Of a stretch of 64,000 nucleotides of DNA, positions 27,850 to 41,775 are shown one piece after another; position 1 is the stretch's first letter; each line of letters begins with the position of its first letter. A program made the position numbers and the translations under genes. Origin of the DNA: Balanoglossus misakiensis (lineage: Eukaryota; Animalia; Hemichordata); contig CM082592.2 in assembly GCA_040954595.2 (NCBI GenBank), forward strand, positions 9,783,677-9,847,676, written 5' to 3'. The notes under the pieces are model-generated. The model made no database searches. It was not told the DNA's origin and was given only the letters and a program-made list of their open reading frames with translations.

Positions 27850-27956
27850 TATTGTCTCTGCTTCAGCGAGATTCTTGCAAGATCTTTAAAACCTGCATAT
27901 TACATATGAAATTTAAAGACTATTAAATTCTGATGCACAACATAAAACATTGTTGT

Positions 27957-27989
<33 letters not shown>

Positions 27990-28008
27990 GGATGAGGATG
28001 AGGATGAT
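27957..28008. repeat. (GAT)n/(GATGAG)n microsatellite
   Basis: Direct observation. Confidence 0.9.
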
Positions 28009-28781
28009 ATTTTTGCCGACAACGTCGGAAAACATCATTTCTTTGTACCCTCCACCCATGAAATAATATAATCTCACTGTATGACTGTCGTGTCGAGTTT
28101 CCGGCTACACTAGTCTACTGAGTACATGTACTACCCTATGAACATGCGAAGTCATACTTGGTGTCCTGTGTTGTCAAAATCATTCTCATTTCCATAAAAA
28201 TTATCATAACACACCCACCATCCCATTAATGTACGTTTAGCCAAACTAACCTTTGACAACAGCCGATCACAAAAGCGAAAATTTCAGTCTGACAGCCGTT
28301 GGGACGTCGGAAAGCAGTGATCCCTAGTGTAGACGGGCATCTAAGTACGTAACCTTTGACCCCAATCTTGAGCAAGGACGCCATCACTCGGTCACGTTTA
28401 AATTTCACAGCCAAGTTGCCTGGGATTCTGTTCTTTCTTCCAGTTTCTTTTTCTGTGGCAACAAAAAATGATTTTTGAACTCTTACTGTAACCTCTGAGG
28501 AAAACATCTGTTTGTAGCCTCTTTCTTTTGGGACTAGAAAGATGGAAACGTTAGCTTTCTGTTTTATTTTAAAACCTTTCCCAATCTCTGGGGTCATTGT
28601 CGAGGAGGACTGCAGACTACTAACCAATCTCACTATTCAACAGTCAGTACACGCATCCAAAGACAAGCCATGGTCCAACACAAACAACTATTGCAAGCTG
28701 TACTGGTTTGTTTTATTAAAACCAGAAATGGTGAAAATAAATACAGCTGATATTTTCAGTTTGAAAATAAAATGTACACTT

Positions 28782-29574
28782 TTAGTCAAAGAGACCAAAG
28801 CCCATATCTTCATCTGACTCCTCTTCTGATTCTTCTTTCTTTTCTTCCTTTTTCTCTTCAGCGGCTGCAAATGAAAGAATGTTTTTGTGAGACATTTTGC
28901 AAGACGATTAAGTGCATAATCTGTGAGTTAGATTCTGATAAGAAGAATGAAAGAACAGTCCACGATACTGTGTGCATACAGCATTCTTGGTAGTTTCCAT
29001 ACTGAAGGATGTTTATGATGTACTACCACTGTCTCTATATTTAACAGAACCTACCTTCAGCAGCTCCACCAGCAGCAGCACCACCACCAGCTGCAACTGC
29101 ACCACCAGATGGTACTGAAGCCAACTTGGCACGTCCTGAAAAATGCAGAACACATCACATAGATTAGACTTGGGCAATATCACAAGCAGAATGGTTAAGA
29201 ATCACAGATATGTGACCATTTCATAAGATCAGTTCTCAGAGACTGTGTTTGATACATCACATATGATCAGCCGAAAGATGGTGATTAACAGTAACTCATC
29301 ACAGAACTTGTGCAGAACAGGGAGTCTGTTTTGCAAACTGACAGCGATGTTCGTTTCAATGAAATATCAACTGCCAGATGAGAAATATAAAGAACATCAT
29401 ACCTGCAGCCATCACTTCCTGCACATCTTTTCCGTTCAATTCACTGATGACCTTGTCTAGTTTTTCATCATCTGTTTCAATTCCTACACTGTCGAGGATC
29501 TTCTTAATGTCTTTAGCAGATGGGTTGCCGTTGCCCCCAAGTACAGCTAGAAGATATGCGGCCACGTAACGCAT
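28782..29574 (-). CDS. RPLP2: 60S acidic ribosomal protein P2 (3 coding exons)
   Basis: MRYVAAYLLAVLGGNGNPSAKDIKKILDSVG..., an Ala/Gly hinge exon, and C-terminal EESEEESDEDMGFGLFD*. Confidence 0.98.
29231..29308 (-). ncRNA. Intronic box C/D snoRNA, SNORD51/SNORD32/snR39-snR59-like (28S Am1511/Am807 guide)
   Basis: Minus strand reads AGTTCT-GTGATGA (box C)...TCACCATCTTTCGG-CTGA (D')...GTGATGT (C')...CTGA (D)-GAACT, with a terminal stem. The guide is complementary to the conserved LSU sequence CCGAAAGAUGGUGA. Confidence 0.85.
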
Positions 29575-29688
29575 TCTGTGAAACAGAAAGAGTCACAAGA
29601 TTATGACTCTGACAGCAACAGACCTACCAACAGTCTACACGTGTTATAGCCTTATATGATATGACTCGTCTTACTGGGGCATGGTTAT

Positions 29689-29870
29689 TACTGTTATGCA
29701 CATGATTGTGCAAAGGTGTGAATTGCCCTTTGACAAGATGGTCCTTGTGCATGAATGGGTTCATTATTATAAATGAAACGGCTGAGATGACTTTTTGCAT
29801 GCTTTATAACAGCGCGTCTTCAAGTTCACTCCCCCACATGATCACTCCAGCCAGCTCACAACTCTATTTC
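29689..29870 (-). ncRNA. Candidate box H/ACA RNA in the RPLP2 5'-UTR intron
   Basis: 3' hairpin ATGCACA...CAAAGG-loop-CCTTTG...TGTGCAT is followed by ACA+3 nt (29692-29694). H box ATAATA at 29765-29770. Upstream GGCTG...CAGCC hairpin. Confidence 0.4.
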
Positions 29871-30020
29871 ACGTGTTGTTGGGTGATGGCATTAGTGTTA
29901 TGGTTGAACTAATGCTAGTTGTACCAAACGATCAGATATTTTACTGAAACTTTGTCAAGATACAAATTAACTCTTTATGCAGTCATACTGTCATTTTGGG
30001 AGAACATTCTTCGTCGAAAC

Positions 30021-30334
30021 ACTTACTTTAAGTCTTTCTTAGACACGAAACGTGATCTCGCAGGACTATATGCGAATCAATATGGCGAAAGAGGTCTCCT
30101 AACGGGTTTCCCAGCCTGACCTGACTTTGTTGAAGCATTGAAATTTAAAGTGTTCGCATTTTTAAAGACAGCGATCTGTATGATAACCAGTGATAAATAT
30201 ACAAAATAATATAATAAAATCTACAGTTACAGGCAAATCTTAAAAATCGCACATGTTTTTTGTTTCTTTAATCCGGTGACCTACATACGCGAGACACGAA
30301 CATGACCCGCACGCAAACCAACAAACAAACAATC
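30021..30334. promoter_or_regulatory. RPLP2 TCT/5'TOP initiator and non-coding exon; bidirectional promoter with MED21
   Basis: Minus strand CCTCTTTC (30094-30087) is followed by GCCAT (YY1-like), with donor GTAAGT at 30026-30021. The MED21 ATG is ~240 bp away on the plus strand. Confidence 0.65.
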
Positions 30335-31280
30335 ATGGCGGACCGACTAACTCAGTTGCAAGATGCTGTCAATCAGGTTTGTTCCCTGTGTGCTGGTAAA
30401 GTTGTCACTTTAAAAATTGACAGTGTGTTTCAAAGGATGGTGAAATCCCGTATTGTTTGTACCAACATCAGACGTTTTGGAGCACATGGGTATAATATAA
30501 ACACATTCACAAATCACAATGCATGGCATCCATATGTGTTATTGTCCCAGTTCCCACAGTGCAGTTTGTATGCAAGTATCAATATGAAATTGTCTTATGG
30601 AAAACAGGAATTTTGGCTATCGCATACGGTATTAATTTTACCTCTCTTCATTTCAGCTGGCAGATCATTTTTGCAACAGCATTGGTGTCCTGCAAGAGGC
30701 ATCTGTTCCTGGTAAATTCTCTGGATTTGACAAGCAAGGCAAGGCCATCTAACTAATTTCTTTCGTGATATAAGGTTGTTAATAGCAGCCTGCTTAGTTT
30801 ATGCATGATTCTGTCAAATTAAAATGAATTCGAAGTTTCAAGATGTCACTTGTTATTGTTTCTTTGATTCCAGAATCATCAGATCAGCTTCAGTCGACAG
30901 AAGAAACATCACTGCTCTTTGCCCAGTTAATTTCCAGAACAGCCAAAGATATTGACGTACTCATAGATTCACTTCCAAGTGAAGACTCCACCACAGAATT
31001 ACAGGTATGTCAGCTTGACTTGAAATGTTTCAATGAACTTTCTATGATGAAACTGTCCAACCTTTATTAAACTGCTACATACTTACATGTATAATCACCT
31101 GCTTCCAATCTCTTTCAGAATGCAAGTTTACAAAGACTTGAGCGGGAGAATGAAGATGCTGCCAAAAAACTGAGTGATATTGTCAAAAAGGGAGAGGTAC
31201 TACTGGAGAGGATACAGGAAGCCCTGAAGGACATAGCAGAGGCACAACTACAATCACAGAGCGCACAAATGAACAGATAA
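30335..31280 (+). CDS. MED21: Mediator subunit 21 (4 exons)
   Basis: [14 protein letters not shown]|[13 protein letters not shown]...[26 protein letters not shown]...[12 protein letters not shown]. Confidence 0.97.
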
Positions 31281-31828
31281 CACTTGGAGTTTCAGTTTTC
31301 AAAGTGATTTTTTTATTTGCCGTGAATTGACTATGTGCAAGGGTAAACACACAGCCTGGTTTCCAGCTTACTGCAGAAACTATACTTGGACGTCAAGCCA
31401 GAGACATCAGAACCTTATAAAAGTAGTTCAAAAATCTTGCAAACCAATGATAAAGAGACAATTGTAGCTTTGATTCAGTGCAAAAATATCTTGAAATATT
31501 TTTTTCAATGCCTGTGTGGACAGCTCTGATGTATATAAATATATGTGTATATAATTTATGAAAAAATATATCAATATTTCCATTTTTTCAAAGTGTTTAC
31601 TTGTAAACAGCCAGCTCAGGCAAGACGGTATTTAGTGAATGATAGATTTATCTTTGTTTTGATTTAGTAAATGACAAACTGAAGAGTGTAAACTTGTCTA
31701 CATTTCCCATATTGGTAGCAACTTTTTAGACTTCAAATAAATGACTTTTTTTATCTCAACTGTCGTCACTTGTCATGTCTTGGGAAAACACAATGAGTAT
31801 CGTACCCCAACTCGGACAGATACTGATC

Positions 31829-33736
<1,908 letters not shown>

Positions 33737-34046
33737 TGTCACATACACATACCGTGCCAGACCAGAGAGACAGACATGAACACACACACACTGGTACCTC
33801 AAACAGTAAAGCGCCACCACTGTCTGCTACTTTTATACTGTTTTGCGGCATGTTGCAAACAAATAAACCATATGCACGTTACAGAAATTGCGATGTTTTT
33901 CAACCTAGCCTTATCGGCAATATTCACTTCGAAGACATAGAATCATATAAAGGCAAACATGAAAAGAAAACCCTTCGCAGTTATTGTTTACAGTGTAGTT
34001 TCGTTTTTACGACACCCGTAAAACAGTAAATCTATGTATATCCAAG

Positions 34047-37000
34047 ATGGCTGAAAACAGTGCTGGGGATTTCTTTGGCGACAGTTCTTTGTTTGATGAG
34101 TTTGGTGGTGGTCCTCGGTCAAGTAGTGAAGAATCGGATGAAGGCGAAGACGAAGTCATAAACGACAGGGGGAAATATGAGGAAGAAATAAGTCAACTTC
34201 GAAGAGAAAATATCCTTTGGATCTTCACGTTCGTCTGTCCATACAACGGACTGGTCGACGTGACCAAGTCAACGACAATGTGTCATGCGTATGATCGTGT
34301 ACGGTGTATATCGTAGTTAATGACGATGAGCTTGCTTTACAGTCCCTTAGCTCCCCTATGTATCCAGTTAGTCTGTGAACTGTCAAAACAGTCCGTAATT
34401 GTAGCCCCGGCCCTGATACCAACGACCATTGTGTGTAAACATGCCTGCAAAGGTCATTGCCCTAATAACAGGAAGTGTGGAACAACGAGTAATTCAGTGA
34501 CACTTTCATTTTACTAGATCCACGTCTTGTTTCATTACTACAGCTTTTTTCCATCATAAATCATGTTGTACATGTATTATTTCAAACAAAAATTATCCTT
34601 AACTCTTGGCACATTTGCAGTTAAAACAGAAACTGAGATTGCTGATCAGGAATAGGTAAAAACGAATTCTGTACATTTCTTGCCAACCAAAGTAAACTGC
34701 AGAATTTCTTTTTTGTTTGCTGGTACAACTTTGATGGTGATAAATCAGTGTTCATTTTGTTTGCCTACTACAGTGATGTGACCATTGAGAATCCAGGCAG
34801 TGATGGACCTGTAGCACAAGTCATCGTCATGAACAATGATGTTGCCAAGTAAGTGTCACATACCTGTAAGACTTTGGAAATGCCAAAGTCTGCAAACTTC
34901 ACAAAAGACTCATAATTTAGCTTTGGTGGGAGAACTATCACAAGATGTCCAGTTCATTGTACACAATTAATCTTGTCATTCATCTTTTACAGGAAATATC
35001 ACCAAGACCTTGAAGACTTCATGGTTAAACTGTCAAGTCAAGATCAATATAATTTACAAGAGACCGATTCAGAGAGAATGAAACCTCCTCCTCAGGTGAA
35101 AATGATTATTTTGTGTATCTAGTGAAACATAATTTTTCTGTTCCCAGATTAGAATGGTAAAGGCTGTTCATCTTAGTGTAATTTATTTAACCAGGTCACG
35201 TGTATCTGTATCTGTTTCCAGAACTCAGCTGTTGTGCTTGAAAAGGACCAAAAGACAACAGAATCTCCATTGGTGAAGATGCAGCAAGCATTCACAGCAA
35301 TCAGTAATGTGCAATACTACAGTGGTTTCTGCATTGATCAGCTTGGGAGACCTCTCATAGACCACAATCCACAACTCACCGGTTGGGAGACACCCCTGTA
35401 TCCTACACAGATTCTTTTTTGGCAGGTGAAAAAATGTTGGTGATGTCAGGGGTCAAATAGATTTTCCATGTCATGAGTTTCACTCTATGGCTTGAAGTTT
35501 TGTTATCCAGAATTTCATTGTATCCGTTAACCTGATACAGGGTGATACAGAACTTTTGATGTTTTAGGGATTGACTGTGAAACGGTATAACAAAAGTGAT
35601 ATTAATTTTCCTGAATGGGAGCTAGTTACCAGCAAGTGTTCATGGAATCTTTACCGTTGGAAGATGATGGTTCAAAGCCCAAGAAGAAAACGTAAGTATC
35701 GACAGTTCCAAGGTTACCTCAATACCAGATACCAAGACTAAGGTTCGTTGACTTTGAGTCACTCACTGGGATTTTTTTTTTGTACATTTGCAGAAAAATG
35801 AAACCATTATGTTTCAACTGTGGCAAGGAAGACCATTCACTGAGAGATTGTCCCATGGTAGGTCATCATATGAAACGTACTTAGTACTTACAGTACCCTA
35901 AGATTTCTATTTCAAATGAGCGAATAGAAAGTCCATCATCTTGTATTCTTGAGCAACTTCCATTGAAATCTTCACTTCTTTCAGCCTCGTGATCATGCCA
36001 AGATCAACCAGAATCGGCAACAATTCAAGAGTCATTTCGGCGCATCGCCACGATCAAATCGATATCACGTTGATGAGGAAGAACTAGCCAAAAGGTTCCC
36101 AAATGTTAAGCCTGGAATCATCAGGTAAAAAATTCTGTAAAGTACATGTAGGATAGTTCACGAGATGTCAACATCCACATGACCAATAGGCATTCATTTT
36201 ACATGACAGGAGCTTCAAAAATCTTCAGAGGAGCCATCTGATTGGTTTGTGTGTCAAAAACATTTTGGGTGTGTCACATGCATTCTGACATGTTCTCTCA
36301 TTGTCTCGTTCTATCTCCCTGACTTCCATCACACACACACACACACAACAGCGATGCACTGAAAGAAGCCCTAGGCATAGGACCACACCAGCTGCCACCG
36401 TTCATCTATCAAATGAGACTGCATGGCTACCCTCCTGGTCACATGAAAGAAGCTGAAATTGAAACATCTGGGATAACCATGTATAACAACAAAGGAAGAG
36501 GTTAGAAAGATTGACTAAAATTACAATAAAACCTCCAAGGTTTTTTCAAAAACACATAAAATTAAAAGAACACAAGTTTGGGTTAGAGAAAGTATTTGAA
36601 TTTCAAAGTACTCACCGATTGAAACTCTAACTGTGTATCTTGCACAGCATCAAAGATATCTTTGCTAGATCAACCAATGATTCTGACAATGTCTAATTTG
36701 AATATCTGTACTTCTGGGTTTCAGCCACTACAGACACGGGTGATGAACTAGAATATGGTGAGATCACGGAAGAGGAGAGACGACCCATGTATGATCAGTG
36801 CAAGATAATAGAGTACCCAGGATTCAATGTCCCCCTACTACCAGGATATGTTGATGTAAGAACTTTTGGACAATTTTAGAGTCATTCTGGCGTGCGAAAA
36901 TGCAGACAAGGTTCCAGAATAGACTGGGTTCAGTTTAGACAGCTTTTACTGTATTGTTTTATAGCTCACGGGAAACGACTACGGGAAGTGAAAGACTCAT

Positions 37001-38232
37001 TCTTGTCTAGAACGCTAACTTTAGACATACTGATTCTTTTCATATTGGGTGTATTTGTCCTACTTACATTGTAAGATGATTACTTACTACAAAACTGTTG
37101 GCCTTTTTTCTCATGGTACTGCAGGAGTTTGCACGTCTCAACATGCCACCAATGCAGTTACATCAAAGCAAAGAAGTGATGCAGCTGTATTTCAGTCCGG
37201 CCAGCAACGAGGCCAGGAAGAGACCCCGGTCGGACGAAGAAAGGGGAACACATCGGCCGTGGAAGAGGCAAAAATTGGCTGCAAGAATTGAACAAGACAT
37301 GGAAGTGGATAATGATACCAGTATGTAATATACAAGATTTCCTGCCATTGCATCTGATCTGTGTTTTTATTTCACCTGTATACCCAGAAGCTTGTTGCAG
37401 AGTTTGACATGGTACACACTTCACCAAATCTTCTAATTACTGTGATTTTGTTTTTGTTGATGAAGGTGATGGTTCAGCTGGTCTTCTCTTCAAGCCCCCG
37501 CTACCCCCAGAGATGTCAGCGGGCACCCCTCCTCCACCTCTCCCCTCCGACACGCCACCCAGCACTCCTGGCCGACAGACACCCACACACGTCGTGGAAA
37601 GTGACAGCGAGAAGGTGTTCACAATCAACAGTGCCAGCAATAGTGGGCAGAACTCCAGATGCACCACGCCGGAACTCGAGGAGCTGGAACAGAAACAGCA
37701 GATGTTGTTGGCCGCCCTGGAAGATGCGGGCGACAGCACCATGGGCATGGACTTGGCCGCCACCACCGATGACAGCCAGGGCACAGGAGACGGGGCCGAG
37801 AGCACGACCGAAGAAGAAAGAGCCAGCGTCCAGGAAGAAGTATCCACGGCAACCAGTGATGATGAACAGGGGGTTTCAAAAACTGACAGAACTTGTGAAA
37901 ACTTAACAGACAGGACAGAATTGACTGAAACATCAGAACAAATGTCCAATGGCAAATCGAACAATCAAATAACACCGGCTGTGTGTTCCACTGATGCCTC
38001 TGGAATTCCGGAGGAGGGTGTGAATGGAAATCGGGAAGTCTCCAGTTCGGGATCGTGTACCCCTTCCAGAATCTCGGATTTGACCCACAAGAAGAGTCTG
38101 AAAGGAATTCCAGACGCCAAGAATTTTGCTTCGGGTATATCTCCGTATAGGCCACACGAAAATGTCAAGCCAACCTCGGGAGTGTATCTCAAACTGCGAG
38201 GTATTATGAAGAAAATACAGAAAGACAAATAA
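34047..38232 (+). CDS. ZCCHC8: Zinc finger CCHC domain-containing protein 8 (NEXT complex scaffold), multi-exon
   Basis: Coiled coil ENLQLKQKLRLL, FCIDQLGRPL, zinc knuckle CFNCGKEDHSLRDCP, PSP domain KPGIISDALKEALG...PPFIYQMRLHGYPPG, YPGFNVP, PPPLP, and C-terminal FASGISPY..HEN...GVYLKLRG. Confidence 0.95.
34210..34612 (+). other. U12-type AT-AC intron in ZCCHC8
   Basis: 5'ss ATATCCTTT, branch point TATCCTTAAC ~10 nt upstream of the terminal AC. Splicing restores the frame (RREN-LQLKQK). Confidence 0.92.
35398..35625 (+). other. U12-type GT-AG intron in ZCCHC8
   Basis: 5'ss GTATCCT, branch-like TTTCCTGAAT close to the AG, no polypyrimidine tract. Splicing restores GWETPL-YQQVF. Confidence 0.8.
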
Positions 38233-39321
38233 CTGGTTGGGAATGCTTGAAAGTCAGCCATTTTTCCAGAGTACTGTTTTGCCAATGAAATGGGGAAAAT
38301 GGTTGAGGCAATTTTAGAAATTTATTTTTAAAAAAAGAACAGTTTCAGAGCTGGACAGTCTTGTATTATTTTAACTACTGTAGCCTATGATTGAGCAAAT
38401 GAGTTGCCTGAGCAAAAATGTAAACTAAAGGAAAACCCTTTCTTGGGCAAAAATTAACAAGTTCTTCATTTTAACATGTGCTGATCCTAAGTCATACTTT
38501 AAAACTACATGTATGTGAAGGAGGGACATTTGATTTTAGAAACAAATGACACTTGGGATGTTTTAAATGAACAAAAGAATTTTGTCTGTTAGGACTGAAG
38601 TAGCATGGCAACACAATAATTTGTTAATAGCAAAATACCCTTTTCACCACAGTTATTTGATCTTGGACTTGGTACACAATGAAATAAGGGGTGAAAGGGT
38701 CAGACATTTTTTTTTTTAATTTAGTGGGGGACAATGTTTGAATATTGAGTTGAGAACAACCCTGTGATGCAACTTTGTAAAACTGAATATTTTATCATTG
38801 TGAATTCTGTTTAAATTTTATAACTTTGTACATGTATACCACACAACCAATCTGGACATGTGGCAAAGTGGCAAGACATTGTCTTAGTACAACACAGTCA
38901 AATGCATTCTGATTGGTTGATCATAGACAGTAGCCATTTGTAATTTCCATAAATTTAAATAGCCACTTTTTAGAATTATCAATGTATTTTGTAATTAAAT
39001 GGATGGGGAAATTTCTCCTCCGTGATATGCCAAGTCTTGTACCATAAATATGATGTTTGCATCCAACTTATTTTGTGTATCGTTTCTACTTATTTGCTTC
39101 CATTGTCCGTTGTGTGTATATGGCAATAAATGTTCATGTAAAGGCTGGAAAAGTGTGTATGTGTGCGCGCGCAATGAATGTATGTGATTGTATGCTACAG
39201 AGAGGTCCCAAAGTAACTTCAATTACTTGAAATTAGCCAATATGAGACCGGACGGAAAGAAAGTAGTAGGCAACGAAATTGACGTACAGTATATCAGCCA
39301 CTGGTCGAAAGACACGTCCAT

Positions 39322-40445
39322 TCAGCCGTCATTTGACCATTGATCTTCCAGTAGTTTAGTTGACTTATTGCCGACGTAGAACATCTTGAAATAGAAGCTC
39401 GCAAAGGAGTATCTGAAAGAAGACACAATTAAAAACAGGTAAGCATTTTAAGTGAAATGGAACCTGTGAGCAGCAAGTTTTCCCCTCCTTGTTTCAACGT
39501 GACCTTTTTGTGGTGTCTGTTTGATGTTATAAAATGGGTACAGGAAGTAGTGGTTTTGTTGAGTGAATTATTTATGTCGGTGGACATACCAAATTCAAAA
39601 GAGATAAGATATCTTGGAAGTGGGTAATTCATCAAGCATACCTACCGCAAAGCAACTGTCAAGGTCATCCCAACACATTCCAAATATTTCCACAAAGTCG
39701 GTGAGCTTTGCACAGTTGTCAAAGTTAACGTCAGATAAATGGTATAGATCAGGAACTCGACTAAGTTGGTCATTCCAGCATAGACTAATATTGCTGAGTA
39801 CAATTTGCGAAAGCACCAGGCCTGACCTAGTAACTTTCTTCTATTACCATCGGATTGGTTGAGCGCGACAAGTAAAATGAACCACGAAGTCAATCCAAAT
39901 GGTAAAGTAAGGTAACGAAAAGCGCCCTGCAGAAGATTTCTTATGTTAATTGCGAAAACGGCAATGTGGTATATCACAGAGAAGCAGAGCATGATAAGAG
40001 TAGTTGAGAACCAATACATGTGGAGGAATAGGCGAATGTTTTCCAAATTCACACGACACGGGCAACAGCCATAGGCTCGAGTCATTACAAGTCCAACAAC
40101 CACAATGGACACAAGAGGCTCAACTGTTTCAGCAAACAAACGAAGTTCATCAGCAGCTGTGAAGGATTCCGACTCGACACTGCACAGAGCCGTTGTAAAT
40201 TCCTGATCGTGGAGACAGAACAAGGCGATGCTGAAATCGGTGACCATCAGAATTGAGCCGATGGTAATTAAACCGATGAGCACGACAATCCAGCATCGAT
40301 CTTTCATCTTCTCGCAGTGCCCTTGGTTTTGGTTACCTTCAGAGCGGGACTCATTTGCTTCAAGATCTAAGTAACATACAGGACAATGATTCACACTGGT
40401 TAAAATAGCGAGTCCAATCTTCACTGAACGTCCCCGAATGCGCAT
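39322..40445 (-). CDS. Uncharacterised multi-pass membrane protein (2 exons; start may be the Met at ~40307)
   Basis: 267-aa ORF with ~6 hydrophobic segments. Donor GTAGGT at ~39645 splices to an acceptor at 39412, giving RYSFASFYFKMFYVG...NDG*. Confidence 0.65.
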
Positions 40446-41775
40446 TCAAAATGCACGGGATATAATCCTTGGTGGAATAGCACACAGAAATGATTATTAG
40501 ATGAACAAGTTTGTTTACTTATCATCACCAACTATCAAACATACTGTTGTCTGAAAGAGACCTAAAAAGCAAACCGGAATGGATAATACTGAATATCTTA
40601 CCTTCCCTGGGACGCATAGCAATTTGTTCCGTAGACGCCATGTTCTTTATGTTGGCTTGCATTCCAGTTAGCACAGCAAATAAAATATGTGACAAATTAA
40701 CTCAACTTTGTTTTCGAAGTATACTTCATGTTGATTTATGAAGCGGTCCACACTTCTTGTTGATTTATGAAACCAGTTTCAGTAACCTTTACTCATTCTG
40801 TTTGATTGTATAAGACGTTGTCAAATGTTACCCATGCTGCTTGTAAGATTACATATTATCAAAAATTATGAAATTTTTCAGGCAAAATCTATATCTAATG
40901 GCCTCGAGAAATGTTTATGAAAAGTTTAGAGTATTCATATTGCTGAGAAAGAAAAATCACATAAACAAGTATGTTTCAACTCTATAGTAAAAAGTGTTCA
41001 GGCGGAACCAATTCTCCCCTAAATCTATGTTTGTCCAACTCTCGATGTAGTGTGCAAATAGTTAATGTATCATTCCGACCCGCGTTACCTGACCTGTCAG
41101 ACATGTTGACATAAAAATATAGTTCTAAACATTTTTGACAAACAAACAGTCGAATCATGCGGATGACGTAAAACTAAAAAAACAAGTTGAAGCAATTTAT
41201 TGATAAATTCCAAATACGGGTTCACGCCCAAAAATAGACATGTCATATATAGAAGTAGCACGAACATGAAGTTTCAAGAAGGGAGCTTTAAAAGCTAATT
41301 ATTATCTGTATATTAGAATGTTATCTCAATTAACTAAGCAGCCACAATGTTACATAGAACATTGCCATTAATTCCAGTGTTCAAATTCTCCATGGACGTT
41401 GCCTTCTCATTTACAGACATCTGAATATAGAACAGCCAAAACCAGCAAATGTAAAGATCCAGCCAACCCTACATCTGATTTTAATCAGACTGCAGCATGA
41501 TAAGACCCTGGATATGTAGGATGTACTCTTGATTACATTGTTCTTGCCCCCCCCCCTAAAAAATATATAATATAGAACTACAACTAGGTTCTGTCATCAT
41601 GTCTTACGTCTTACACTATACTGACAATTTCAGCTCCTTTCTTCCTGAATATGGGTATACACTATAAACATTTTACAGTCTTTTCTGGAAATGATCACTG
41701 CATTTTGTTCCGTATACAATGACGGCAACAGCTTGCCCGGTGGTAGTGTTGATTTTTCGACACGTCTGTCACATT

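Noticed and set aside
28900-29035. Possible H/ACA RNA in the last RPLP2 intron (GGTAGT/ACTACC hairpin, ACAGTA)
   Set aside because: The second hairpin and ACA placement are unconvincing by eye.
38922-38931. CATAGACAGT TIR-like 10-mer outside the element
   Set aside because: No flanking duplication or partner end was seen; it could be chance.
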